DNA of 64,000 bases, from positions 1-64,000 of the forward strand of contig NIVC01001103.1 in assembly GCA_002269645.1 (NCBI GenBank). Reading direction: 5' to 3'. Positions 44,601-58,002 of this stretch are shown one piece after another. The stretch's first letter is position 1. Each line of letters starts with the position of its first letter. The DNA is from Macrostomum lignano (taxonomy: Eukaryota). The translations under genes were made by a program, and so were the position numbers. A model generated the notes under the pieces. The model had not been told where the DNA came from. It was given only the letters and a program-made list of their open reading frames with translations, and did not search any database.

Positions 44601-45397
44601 AGAGCTGCTACAACAAATAGTCAGAAGTACATTTGCTGCAGGCAATATTGGCAGCTGGCATGGCAATGTCTAATAGTCAACAAAGGACACACAAGCCAGT
44701 TTTTAGAATTTTTCAGGTTAGATAAGTGTTACATGCCATGGCAAATGCAAAAGTATTCATCAAGAGTGACAATTTGAATCTTTCTCCTATGGACCATAAG
44801 AATCATGAGAATCATTGTTGCATAACAATTATTATTAGTAGCAATGGTTGATAATGACATGATAATGATTTAATAATAAATATAGATAATTTCTTTAACC
44901 AAGAACTTCAGAGTTGGTTGAATATTTAATTGCAATGTATTATTCCAGTTTCATTTTCCTAGAAATCCACAATTGCTATATTTTTTTCCAACAATGTTTT
45001 GCTTATCTAGCTTTTAGAGTACCTTTGCTTATCCAAGCTTACTAAAAAGTAAAATACTACACTTGGGATTGCTGATTTTATTAGACCAAAGTTTACCAAA
45101 GATTAACTTTTGTACTCTTTTGTGTTTTTCTTCATTTATCCAGAATTTGAATTTGCTATATCATTAATCCTATTTAGCATGTTGCCCAAAATTCTAGGCA
45201 TAGCAGATGTACATATTTATTAAAATTACTAATTAAAAATATACAAAATTTAGAGACTTACAAAAGAGAAAAATACTACTCAAACATAATCCACAAAAAT
45301 GCCAGTCTCTTGAAATTTAAATGATGAGTCTTTTTAATATTTCATTAAATAGACTCTATACTTAAGTTGCTAAGTCAAAGGTAGCATGCTTGGGCGC

Positions 45398-45545
45398 AAC
45401 CTAGGGATTTACCCGGCCGTTTCTATTGGCAACACACACATTTAAGTCACTATTGGACGGAATAGTAGTCACGTGACTGCTCTCAGCCAATAGCGACTTA
45501 CATGTGTATGTTGCCAATAGAAACGGCCGGGTGAATCCCTAGGTT
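45398..45545. mobile_element. 148-bp foldback element (MITE-like hairpin)
   Basis: Arms AACCTAGGGATTTACCCGGCCGTTTCTATTGGCAAC... and ...GTTGCCAATAGAAACGGCCGGGTGAATCCCTAGGTT; no clear TSD. Confidence 0.7.
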
Positions 45546-45849
45546 ATGCATGTATGAAAGGTAGTCACGGCTGGTTGCAAGGGCCACTTCAATTAGATCC
45601 TGGCCATTGATTGAATGCTGCTGATTTTGTATTCCTCAAATTTGTTGATAAATGCAAACAGTCTCAAAATTTTAAGTTGCATCTAGGAGCTTTGTGGACG
45701 ACTTAGGCACCAAATTTTGCCACAACCATGCAACCAAACAAGGCACTTTTATTATCAGCCTCTTGACTTGCCTTGACTAGAACTTTGGTCAGCTATTCAT
45801 CTATTGACTTGTGTCTATTAGAACTGTTTTCTTGCAGGTTGATGTCTTT

Positions 45850-46320
45850 TTTATGGATATGATTCATTTTGCTTCATTAAGATATCTTGGGACACCTGAA
45901 TTATGTTAGACTCCCTCTGGAATCTGTCATCTTTGGAATCATCTACAGACAACCCATTGGTTGCCTCCTTAGTGCAGCTGCTATCCAAAAAGTTGCAGCA
46001 GTTAAACAGTGGCCACTTGGAGTTATACATTTCCTGGCTCCCTATGTTGCTTTTGACTTTTTGTTGACATTTGGCCTTTTCACAACTGTAGCAATCACAA
46101 ATGCCGCCACTTCCTTACCATAGATTCTTGAGCTTGAACCCATCTCTTCTAGCTGTCTTCACCCTTCTAGGCAAGTTGAATGCTTTCCCACACTTCATCC
46201 TTCTTCTTTGAATTTTGATAATTAGGATGGTGAAAGTTGTACAAACAGGATTCTCTTGAACCTTCAATACTAGCAGCTCTAATGGCAACCAACAAGCTTG
46301 TTCCTTCTATTTGCACTGGC
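45850..46320 (-). pseudogene. Decayed MADF/Myb-SANT-like ORF, probably ORF2 of the Harbinger element
   Basis: The - strand reads CLYNFHHPNYQNSKKKDEVWESI...KRW...YNSKWPLFNCCNFLD, with stops and frameshifts. Confidence 0.65.
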
Positions 46321-47027
46321 TTATGTTGTTCTACTCAGTCTCAAGTGATAAAAAATAATAAAATAGCTAATAATTAATAACTTGACTTGTATGCTAACCA
46401 ATCAATTTCTATGTAATAGCCAGACTAAAGGGAGGGTTATTCAAATAGAGTTTTGAGTTAAATTTTATATATCTAATCACTCTTTGTATTGTTTGTTGTA
46501 TAAGAGAAAAGGCAGTTAATATGCAGTGCTTTTGTTGATCAATTGGCCTTTGTGTGATTATCTTTTGGCTCATTCCATATAAGCATGGTCATAACATGAC
46601 AGGCTATTTTTACTTATAAAATGAAATCTAATAATAGAATATACTAAACCAATATTTCTAGTAAAAGACTACTCGTATTTTGACAAGAAACTATGTTTAT
46701 ATAGTTTCATATAGATATCATCAATGTATGGATGCTATTAAACATTGAATGGCATTTATGGTCATAACAACAGGTCTTATAAAATTTTTCATTTTTGATA
46801 TTTGCAATACATTTTTTAATTTGACTAAGAACATCTTCAGAAATCATACTCTTTTATTAGAATATGTAAATTCATAAAGGCAACAAAGATACAAAAGAAA
46901 AGGCAGCCTTATGGTTGTAAAATTATGGTCATAACATATTTTTCTGTCAATTCAATAACTTTGAGGTACCCATATTATAAAAATATTATATGATGGCTAA
47001 TGCTTTTATTTGATTATGCAAGTACTA

Positions 47028-47582
47028 CGAGGGGTGTCCCAAAAGTTGGTGCACTTTCTTCACTACAGCCTTTTCTGACTGATCAGAAATTTGTATCAGT
47101 TAACAAGAAATCAGTTAACTTATTTGTATCAGTTAATGATCTGCCCATTAAAATGACTTTCTGTTTATTTCTGCATCTGCTGGCATTCTTGAGATTGATA
47201 CCCTTGCTGATGCCATTGCCGATGGCAGAAGTGTGCAGCGCAGTGGTGACTATGTAGAGAAGCCTCAGGACAATGTTAATGATTAACTTTTAACTGTTCT
47301 TTTCTCAGCTTTCATGTTGCAGATGTTTTATTGATTTGTTGAATGTTTCTTTGTTTTGTGCATCAGGTACAAAGCTTTGGTCTATGGCAATTTGTAAAAG
47401 TAGCACAGGGGGCGGGGCATAAAAATGCTCATATCTCAAGAATGCCAGCAGATACTGAAACAAACAGAAAGTCATTTTAATGGGCAGATAATTCTCTTGT
47501 TAACTGATACAAAATTAATATTTCTGATTGGTCAGAAAAGGCTATAGTGAAGAAAGTGCACCGACTTTTGGGACACCCCTTG
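47028..47582. mobile_element. Tc1/mariner-like MITE with long (~165 bp) TIRs
   Basis: TA|CGAGGGGTGTCCCAAAAG...CTTTTGGGACACCCCTTG|TA; TA flanks at 47026-47027 and 47583-47584; inner arms CTGCCCATTAAAATGAC...CATTCTTGAGAT are mirrored. Confidence 0.85.
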
Positions 47583-49365
47583 TATAAGTTTATCTATAGT
47601 TTGTTTCAACCCTCTGAAGCTTTCTATTTGTTTTTAAAATGTGCACAAAGTTAATGATGTCTTTTGCTTAGAAAAAAGTCCAACTTTTTACAAAAATGGA
47701 TTTTTGCCAATTGATAACATACTTATTCAACATTTTACCATTCATTTGTTCTTAGATTGTATATATTACACATTTAAAACATTTGGCAAAAAAATTGGCT
47801 GATAAGGCAATGGCAAGCAAAAAGATTGACTTTTTTCTATTTTCCAAATATGTTTATCTTATCTGGAATGAGCCTTTTTGTCACTAAATTTGAATTTTTG
47901 AAAGTTGGCTTAAATTTCAATTGCTTACCTCAAAATTTAGCAACTCTGTATGATAAATGAGTCATGTGATTTCATCTCTAATTTAATTGCAGTGTAAAGC
48001 TGCCTTAAATCCTTTAAAAGTCATAATTCCTACTTAAAATAGTTTCTAGATTAATTTCTTAAAGTCAAAAAAATTGAACAAACAAGATTTAACAATTGTT
48101 TTATTTATACATTGTAATTGAAATGCATTGCTTATTCAGTGGAATTTTTTCTGCATTTAACTAACTAATTGAAGAATAAAATAATATATAATTCAATTTA
48201 AAGATCACCCTATCATTTTTTATATTCTTAAGCTGATTCAATGTAGAATTCAATGTAGAATTTAATGAGCACTTGCATTTCTTATACTAAACTCAATTGG
48301 AGCTCTTGTCTTAAGGCAATTTAGGCATTTTTCAAACATTCAAACAATAAAAATATAGTTTTTAGTATGTAGAATAAAAGTCACATGTTTCAAGCAGTAA
48401 TAACTTAACCATGTCTATGTTTTAAAAAATTAGAGTCACTTAAAAAGGCTTTGGCCATAAGCCATGGCCTTTGGCCCTAGGCATGCTATATCAGCCAACT
48501 AAGCAATTGTGAAATAGCCAGAGTTAGGCCTATACTGCCATTCTAACAAACTCTCATTCTTATTGCAGGCTGCAGGTGCTTGCACGTTGCACTAACCTCT
48601 CAGGCCACTGCTGCCTATCCCTCCCATCTGTTCTGTGAATGTGAGTGTGTATATGCAAGGGGGCCTCCCTTCTGTATCCTAATATTTATACAGTTATAAG
48701 TAATAAGAAGAGAGAAAGAGCATGAAAAAATACTAAAAAATAAGTAATATGTGATATTGTATCAATAATGACTTAGTTAGGCCTATATTCAATAAGTTAA
48801 AAACATTGATTCTATTAGTATTTGGATTCCACATGCGAAATTTTAACTATACACATGGGATACAACTAATACACTTCTAATACTAATGTTAGGCTTATAA
48901 TACATAAGCCTAATATTAGGCCTATTAACTTTGTAAGCTTAAGTACTGAGCTAGAAGTAGGGTCTACCGTATTTTAATTGGAATAGTACAGATAAAAACT
49001 GCTGGGCATGCCTATTGCGTTTAACAATCAGATATATATCAATCGATACACTTCCGGTCCAATAAAAGCAAAACAGCAGATTCAACTATAACCGGCTATC
49101 CGGTTATCCGTAACCGCCGCCACCTACGCTTTTTTATTTAATTCTCAATTGTTTCTACGAAACGAAGCCAACTTAAAATGTTTTCATTTTACGTAGACTA
49201 TAACAAAAAATATTTTTAAAAACCATCCCAGTGTACTGAAATTATAAGTTTTTAGAGAGATTGGAAAATGGGTTAATCATCTGCACTTAAAAGACATTCA
49301 GATACAATATAAATAGCCGAAATACATTAACAAAATGCAGGGTAAAATTTATATTCAATTATTGG

Positions 49366-49693
49366 CCGGGGCGTCGCCACCGGGGGGACATTATCCCCCT
49401 GGGGGGATAATCCATGGGGGAAATGCCCATGCTTTGTCCCCCCACCCAACCCTGTGGTGACCCGTTGTGGAAATCAATAATTTTGCTTCACGGGCGACAA
49501 AATACATGTATGGCGCCTGCGGTAGGAAAATGAGTGCCTGCGGCGCCAAAATGAGTGCTAAAATGAGTGCTAACATGAGTGCCTGCAGCGCTAAAGAGTA
49601 CCTGCGGCGCGAAAATGAGTGTCTGCGGCACTAAAATGAGTGTCTGCGGCACCAAAATGAGGCCGACAACACCAATTCATGGCGATGCCCCTG
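49366..49693. mobile_element. Putative hAT-like MITE with an internal ~20-bp repeat (AAAATGAGTGCCTGCGGCGC)
   Basis: Ends CCGGGGCGTCGCCA / TGGCGATGCCCCTG; imperfect 8-bp flanks ATTATTGG / ATTATTTT. Confidence 0.5.
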
Positions 49694-51452
49694 ATTATTT
49701 GATCGATATTAACACTCACTCAAGTTCGGGATTCAAGCATTGTTAACGAATTCTTGCTGATATCGCCATCGGTAACTGAAAACAGAGGGATACTTTTTTC
49801 TCTACAAACATTAGATTGTTACGATATACTGTAATCATGCATACAATCATGCATAGCTTAAACTGATTTGATACTTACAATCGAGTGCTCTGAGCTTTTC
49901 TGCATGCCATGCCTACAAATATCACTTCTATCTACGATATTTTTTCTATTTAATCGCACTTGATCGAAAAAACCCTTTTCCCTAAACTTTTGTTCATTCA
50001 GTTACATATATTTCATTTTGATGTACAGTACACATGCATGTATTAGTTGCACATTTACATGTAATGCTGTAGCTAAGCTATAACAGTTGCCCACTTTGCT
50101 TATGAATTTATCTATACGCTCGCCACTCGTATTTACGGTAAGTGGGTGGGTGGATCCTTTCTCAATTCATGCATGAGTACGACAGGTCATGCCAATACAT
50201 GCCATGCTTTGTCGGCTATTCAATTTGATTTTACAAAGCAAACAGATCGCCTTAGTTATGCGGTAGCAATGCAAAATTTGCTCATCAAACACTGCTTTTT
50301 TCGGAACAAAAAAGCCGAGAAAATAAAAAGACCACGCGCGGTCAATCAAACGACTGAGAAATTCACATGGCCTCAAAAGTTTGCTTTTTACCAGTATATG
50401 CACACTGTTAGGCGCAATATCAGATTTCATTCGCTTTTCATGCGTACAGCTCTTCGAAAAAGAACGCTATAGCGACGCTACTGCATATGATTTTGAGCAA
50501 CATGAGAAAACAGCAAGCATATAATCGCTGGTTTATAAAATAAAAGTCATTTGCGTGCCAATTTTAATCTACCGAGAACATTTAATATTGCTATAAAAAA
50601 GCGTTATGTTACTGAGTTCGTAGCTTTCATGTAGCTACATGTACCTACTTCATGAAGGTTTTGCAGTTTCTATAGCTAACTGGCATAGCTATATGGTAAC
50701 TAAGTAATTTTGTACTCAAAAAAATTCATGCACGCAATACATGTAATGCATAGCGCGCCAGTGGCGAAGCTAAACAACAAAGATTAATTTACGCGCGCCC
50801 CCGCACAGCCCAGCAGGTGAAAATTTGTCCCCCGACAAAATAAGCGACGAGTGTAGAAGCAATCTCTTAGCTCTGAGTATAGTACCCAGCTGCTGCATAG
50901 GCAAAGAGGGGTTTGCTTTGAAGAAGACCCACCGAAAACGGCCTCATTCATGAGCCTTAATTCTCTCTACCTGCGAGCTGCACCATTGTCTATTTTATTC
51001 CATCAAAAACACTCGAGCTGTTGTTTTGCTCCGAATAGAAAGCCCCCCCCCCGGACTCTTCCAGCCCGTCAAAACTCGGTCTGAGTTCGATGGTACTAAA
51101 CAGTTTATAACGCAATATGCTTTTATTAACAAAAGTGCTTCATTTCAGAGTAGCCTTCTGCATCACGCATGCTGTTCGTGTTCTTCTTTTTTGTTTTAAC
51201 GGCCGCGCCTTGATCATCTCATGCCTAATTGTTTTAATAAAGACAACAGTGTCTACAGTAGTGTAATGTAGCCTCCTCACAAGCACACTGTCTAATTTCA
51301 AAGGTCACCTAGTTTGGTGCTGGTGCATCGGCGAAGCAAGCAAAATCTGGTATAGAGACAACAAAACTATCTAGTGAATTTTTATTAGCGCCTTATTTTA
51401 GTTCATCAATCTCACCGATATCTTACCTGCTGGACTTTAAATTCCAGATGAA

Positions 51453-51456
<4 letters not shown>

Positions 51457-51487
<31 letters not shown>
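51457..51487. repeat. (GT)n microsatellite
   Basis: About 15 dinucleotide copies. Confidence 0.9.
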
Positions 51488-51489
<2 letters not shown>

Positions 51490-52767
51490 GTGCACTTACA
51501 AGTTTGCCGAGCAAAGTTCCGGGGAAATTTCCTATAGGTTGTTCTCATCATGCCTACAGCATGCAGTGTCCACCGAATTGATCCGTGGCGAAAATCCAGG
51601 TATGCAAAACAGCATCTTTCTGAAAGCCGTTTAGAACGGCTTTAACTAATCTTACGAACATGTTGATGACCTCGGAAAAAATGTACAAGCCTTATTCATT
51701 TGGAGCCCAAACAGCAAACAAAAACAACAAGGCGGGGCAACAGAGTACAGTTCACAGATGAAGTATTGGGAATTTAGTGCTAAAAAACTGAAAACTTCCC
51801 ATCTCGTCAATGCATTTTGCAGCGAAAACGCGGCCTCCAGTCCTTCTACGATCGTATAGTAGTCCATGGTGTGAATTATTCAAACATGAACGGCATAGCT
51901 GCAAAAAGCTACAGTGCATGCATTTCCTAAAGTTTATCATTTTTTCTCTTTCACAACTCCTTATCGTTAACTTTAGCGCCACTTTCAAGTGCACATATAG
52001 AGATTTTTCAACTGCTCAATCGTAGGTTATATAGATTTCGGCTGCTATAGGAATTCGCCTTATGAGCCCTAGAGAGGGTCGCGCAGACTTGGGCCACAAG
52101 TCGAGCCGCAGGTTCAAGCTATGCTTCAACTTATCTGTGAGTTATTATATTCTATTTTTTTCTGTCCCGTAAATGAAACCCAAAAAACCAGCTCAGCCCT
52201 AACTCAGAGAGAAGAGAGCGAGATTTCGAAATAAGACAGCAATAGGCGAAAGAACTAGCTGCCTTAGCCAATTACCTGCTGTTACCTGTGAATGTCTCAC
52301 TCGCTGAATGCCCCGGCCAGCCTAAAATAGCACTCCAACCGAAGGCGTCTCTTGTCTGTCGTTTCTTTCTTTCTTTCTCAAAAATCTTCCATCTTGCCAC
52401 ATCTCTCTCTCTCTCTCCGCCGCATCAATTCTCTCTCTCAGGTGTTGCTTTTATTTCCACTGTTGCTCAGTTTCTTAAGTCTGTGACTCTCCGCTACTTA
52501 CGCGAATAATCGGCCCTGACAGAAAAAAGGATACTGCAGCATCCAGCTGCTGCCTAAACAAATTAATTTCTCAGGGGCCTCCACCGGCAGACGAGCGCCA
52601 TAAAAGCGAAGCTGTCGGCGTGCAAGCCTAGCCATCCTAACGGAGCCATTTCATTCAACACTGCATATAGGTGAGTCCATATATACCATCTTTTTGAAGT
52701 GGTTCATCAGTCTAAACGTGAGTATTCACTTATCCAAATTCCTAAACAACACCTTGCAGCATTCGGC

Positions 52768-55700
52768 ATGGACTCGGGCTGCTACACGGATCCAGAAAGG
52801 GAGAGCAGCGGCAGCAGCGGCCGCTCCTTCTCGGCGTCTTCGAAGGCCAACGATCCTAAATCACAAACTTCTCCCAAGCAGGTAGTTCTGGAGGAGGTGG
52901 TGGCCGAGGAGTACCAGCCGACGGTCGAGGAGCAGTTGGAGTACGCTGTCACGATAGGCATCGATCCGGAGTCCGAGCCGGAGCTGATGCACCTTGCTGC
53001 TGAGGGCCTGAAAGCCGCCCTGCCACCAAATTGGCGACCAGTACAGGTGTCTAATGGCGGCGACGATCTAGTGTACTATTTCAACTTTCAGACTGGCCAG
53101 TCAACTTGGGAGCATCCGCGCGACGAGCACTTCCGCCAGTTAGTAGTTCAAGAGAGGGCCCGACTGCGCACTCGTCGGTCCCACAGGAGTGGCCGAGGCG
53201 TTGTGCGATTTCAGGAGGACCCGGCGGCGGAGTGCGCTCGGCGAAGCCGCGCAGCCGAGGAAGAGAAAGTGGCAGCCGCGATGCGAATGGAACTGCAGTC
53301 TCGGCTGGCAGCTGAGGAAGCGGAGCTCCGAGCGGAGATGAGGGCGCGAGTGGCGGCTGAGGAGGCTAAACTGAGGACGGAGCTGCAAGCTCAGATGGAA
53401 ACGGAACGAAGATCGCTACTACAGAAGCTTGAGCAGGAAGCTGAGGACTTACGTGAGGAGCAGCGACGCCTGCTGGAGCTAGAGACGGCGGAGAGGCGGG
53501 TGGAGGCGATGGCGCAGCTCACAGAGCTCCGAGCAGAGGTTGAGCAGCTGAAGAGGACAAAGGCGACGGCAATTCGGCATGAGCAGACGGTGCAGTCGGA
53601 AGAGACTCAATCGAAGCCGCGATGCCCGCGATTCCGGATGCCCCAGCGTTGCGTGTCAGTGGACGAATCCGCTGTCACAAGCGCTGATAACCGCGACCGC
53701 AGCGACATTGACGAAGATCTGGACGACCGCAGCAGCGGTAGCCGCGGCGGCGGGCTTAGTGTTGACGCTATCGGCCGCGCAAGAAGCTTTCTCAGCCGGC
53801 ACCTGTCGTCGGAGCGCGGCTTTGTGAAGCCAAACCCGCCTGAACCCGTTGCTGGGGCGTCTAGGAAGCGACCGCAGCTGCGTGCCAGTCGCGCCTCGCG
53901 CAGGGCGTCACCTTCCAACGGCTCCGAGTACTCCGTAGAAGGCTCGCTAGACACGGCGCGGATGGAGGTAGCTTATCCGGATGTCGCCTCAATGGTCGGT
54001 GCTGGCGCAGAGCATGACCGCAGGGAGACTGGGCAAGAGGCGTCCGCCGCCCTGGCGGCAGAACTGATGAAGCTGCGCTGCAACAGTTTGCCGAGTCTGG
54101 CTGCTCGTTTGGAGAACGAGGAGACAACCTGCTCAGAGTCAAGGTGAGATTACCTGTTCTGAACACCTAACCATACTATCATCCATGATTTTAACCGTTT
54201 ATCTATTGTGCAGCATGTTACCACTTATTTAATTGAAATTCAGCTTGATTTGCGACTTTCATACACTCATCAAAATTAAAATCAAGGAAAAGGGCAATGT
54301 TGCGCTAGAATTCTGAGGGACAGGACGGCGGGAAATCCAGAATCAACCACATCGCCGACCAACTCCCGGGTTTCTAAGACTGCTCTCTCTCTCTTTCTCT
54401 TTCATTCTTTCGCTCTTGGCAGAGCCATATTGTTCTATAATAGCTCGTAGCTGTAGCTACTAATTGCTAGCCAGCCCCGGCTTCTTCCGCTCCTGCCTCC
54501 TTTTCCAAAGCACAGGGGGTGGGTGTTGTGCCGCACCCATCTTTCTCAAAACAAAGCCAGCCCCCCATCTTCTTTCTTTTTTACGTAGCTCAAATTCACA
54601 GAATAGGCAGGAGAATGGAGCGAGTGGAAAGCGCGGGGGCGATGGCCGGCCAGTGCTAGGGGTGAATTGAAGCCAAGCACACAGTGGTTCAGTATTCAAA
54701 GATGGGCACGCATTCTGTGAGTGAGCGTAGCCAAGTAGACTCTCAGTGGGCTTCTATGCTCGTAGATCTTTTGGTCTCTTGTTTACTCGTCGGGTCCACA
54801 ATGACTAGTATGCATTAAGCAGGTTTGGGTCATTCCAGCCAGGAGGAACAAGCGGGCTTGAAAATGTTGCAGTATGGTTTGAGGCTTGAATGTCCGGGCG
54901 ATTGACACGGAATGGCGATTGACCAACGGTTGGAAGGTTGATGGTCTGTATGAAGGGCACGGAGGGTTTGATAATCCGTGCGGAGGACACGGGAGGGTTG
55001 ATGGTCGGTGCGGAGGGCACGGAAGGGTTGATGGTCGGTGCGGAGCGCACGGAAGGGTTGATGGTCGGTGCGGAGGGCACGGAAGGGTTGATGGTCGGTG
55101 CGGAGGGCACGGAAGGGTTGATGGTCGGTGCGGAGGGCACGGAAGGGTTGATGGTCGGTGCGGAGCGCACGGAAGGGTTGATGGTCGGTGCGGAGGGCAC
55201 GGAAGGGTTGATGGTCGGTGCGGAGCGCACGGAAGGGTTGATGGTCGGTGCGGAGGGCACGGAAGGGTTGATGGTCGGTGCGGAGCGCACGGAAGGGTTG
55301 ATGGTCGGTGCGGAGCGCACGGAAGGGTTGATGGTCGGTGCGGAGCGCACGGAAGGGTTGATGGTCGGTGCGGAGGGCACGGAAGGGTTGATGGTCGGTG
55401 CGGAGGACACGGAAGGGTTGATGGTCTGTAGGAATGGCACGGAAGGGTTGATGGTCTGTAGGAATGGCACGGAAGGGTTGATGGTCCGTACGGAGGGCGC
55501 AAAAGACGCGTATTTTTTGCGAGCCATGTTAAAAAATCAACCTTGAGAGCGGAAAAACTTCTAAAATGTACTCATAGTAGCCTTGAATTCATAGAAAACA
55601 ACACTGGAAACAGTCGAGTTGAACAGAATTTTCCCAACACTACTCAATCATATCTCCATCTCCAGCGAGCAGCAGCCGAAGGCTAAGCAGGACCGACAGT

Positions 55701-55957
55701 CCTCTGCTGCCAGGCAGCAAAGGCCCGCAGCACAGGCGCAGGCTGCTTCGGCGAATCCGCCAAATCCGAGGCGGCACCGCATCGACTGGAGGAAAGTTGG
55801 AGAGAAATCGGATTGTCCGCCGCAGCAGCAACAGCAGCAGCAGCAGCAGCAATCCACAGAGAGCAAGCTCGCTCAGCACAGAGCCTGGCTGTACAACTAC
55901 GCCAGGTTGAACGGACTGCCTCCGTCTGGAAGCAAACCGCTGACACCTCAGGCCTAG
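52768..55957 (+). CDS. CEP164: CEP164-like WW-domain/coiled-coil protein, about 555 aa, 2 coding exons
   Basis: Exons 52768-54143 and 55666-55957 (phase 2). LEE....YQPTVEEQLEYA..IGIDP..EPELM.LA.EG..A.LP.NW......YYFNF.TGQSTWEHP.DEHFR.LV.QER is the CEP164 N-terminus. A likely 5'UTR intron spans 52671-52759. May be a short paralog. Confidence 0.75.
54935..55495. repeat. 30-bp minisatellite (GGAAGGGTTGATGGTCGGTGCGGAGGGCAC)n in the CEP164-like intron
   Basis: Period 30; stop-free in several frames, which creates four spurious ORFs. Confidence 0.93.
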
Positions 55958-56566
55958 AAACACTAAAAAGCTAAAAAAGCCATTTGGAATCGAAACTTAG
56001 CAAAACCCATCGTGCTCAAACAAAGCTGCTCAGGCCGTAGTAGAAGATGACATCTTTTTATTTGGATCGTTGCTGTTCGGATTATATTTTCGTTTCGAAC
56101 TTTCGTCTTTCATTTCTAGCCATATAAAAACACGTTGTTCATTAGTTCCGTTTCAGCCGAAAGCTGGACTTTGAAGTTATTTTATAATTATCTATGTTTT
56201 AACTTTTTTCTAGGAAACTTATTGTTGCTCAGATTTTTTCTTAGAAAAATTGAATAGGTGTTAAATTAATACTTGGTTGACATGAATAGCTAACTGCTAT
56301 GCTTCCAGTACTACATTCCAGCATCCATATTTTGATTTTTTGTTTGGCCGCTTCATTTAAGAAGCTTCTTAGTTTTATTATTTATTGGATTCTACTATCT
56401 GCTTCATGTAAAGCAATTGCTGCATCGATGCTCGCTGCTATTTCAATTATTTCTAAATAAAGCCACAACAGAATTAATTGATTTGCTAATTTCTAGTTAT
56501 CAGTTACACAGTTGCAACCCGTCTTCTAAATTACTGCTAAGAGGGCGCAGCGTATGCCTACAACAC

Positions 56567-57012
<446 letters not shown>

Positions 57013-58002
57013 ATATTATAACATTTTCTGTAGTAAGCTCGGTGCGGATAATATGTCGCTTGGACGCTGGAGTGTTCCGTCAGTTTCTCGCTTGTCGACG
57101 ATCTTGAAGGCTTGCTTGAAAGCAGGGGAACGTGCGCGGCGTCAGATTCCTTGTCTCAGCTTTGTATGGCTAGCGCAGGAGGCCTCGACCACCGACCAGT
57201 TCGGAAATAGGTCGTGCAAACCCTGGGGCCAACAATATTCAGTAGAGGCGCAATAATTCACTTCACAAACAACCAATAGAGGCTAATTCCACTCAAGCTA
57301 CTATCAGTAGGCAGAATCTTCTTTAACGAACATTTTACGTACTTCACTTGAGTTAAATTTGGAATTCTGACTTTTGCGCATAGTTTAGGGTCAGTCAACT
57401 GAGTGACTGCAGGTAAGAAGTGAAGGCTTTTTGACTAAGGCTTCCAATCCACGATTTTCTTGCTTAGTACTAGTACCTGAACAAACAAGGACTGTTGACT
57501 TGGGCCTTGCAGTTGAGGCGCTTTCTCTCCTGCTGCTTCATTCGCACATTCCTGAGAATGTCAAATTAGTCAACACTAATAATGAAGTTCTCGCCATAAC
57601 AACTCCATCAAAATCAGATTTGCGACTAGAAAGGACTTTGAACCAACATGCTAACAAGTGTCTCATTGCTGTCAACCTCGAAGTCATAGCCGATTTAAAG
57701 GACACTGCTGGGACCGCATCGCATTGACTGTGCAGGGGATAGAGAGGACTTTTTCGAGAGTGGAGTGTATTCCCAGATAATACACAGGTACATGTGCTTG
57801 CTCCCTTTTGGCCTGAAATGTGTCAACTCGTCGGCAGTCTCTTCCTCTAGGCAATAGCGAGTACTGCACTAAAGTACATGTCTGGCGGTCGGCTTGGATG
57901 ACAGGTTAATTGACTCGGAACTGCACTGCTTTAAATCCACTGCGACTTTCTTTTCAATAATTGTTCACTATTAAACTTCTGCCTCGAATTCAGCACATAA
58001 AA

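Noticed and set aside
52699-52767. ORF-track N-terminal extension of the CEP164-like protein
   Set aside because: It starts at a non-ATG codon inside a likely 5' UTR intron (GT at 52671, AG at 52759); the ATG at 52768 is preferred.
54783-55546. Cys/His/Gly-rich decapeptide-repeat ORFs (metal-binding look-alike)
   Set aside because: A 30-bp stop-free intronic satellite that is open on both strands.
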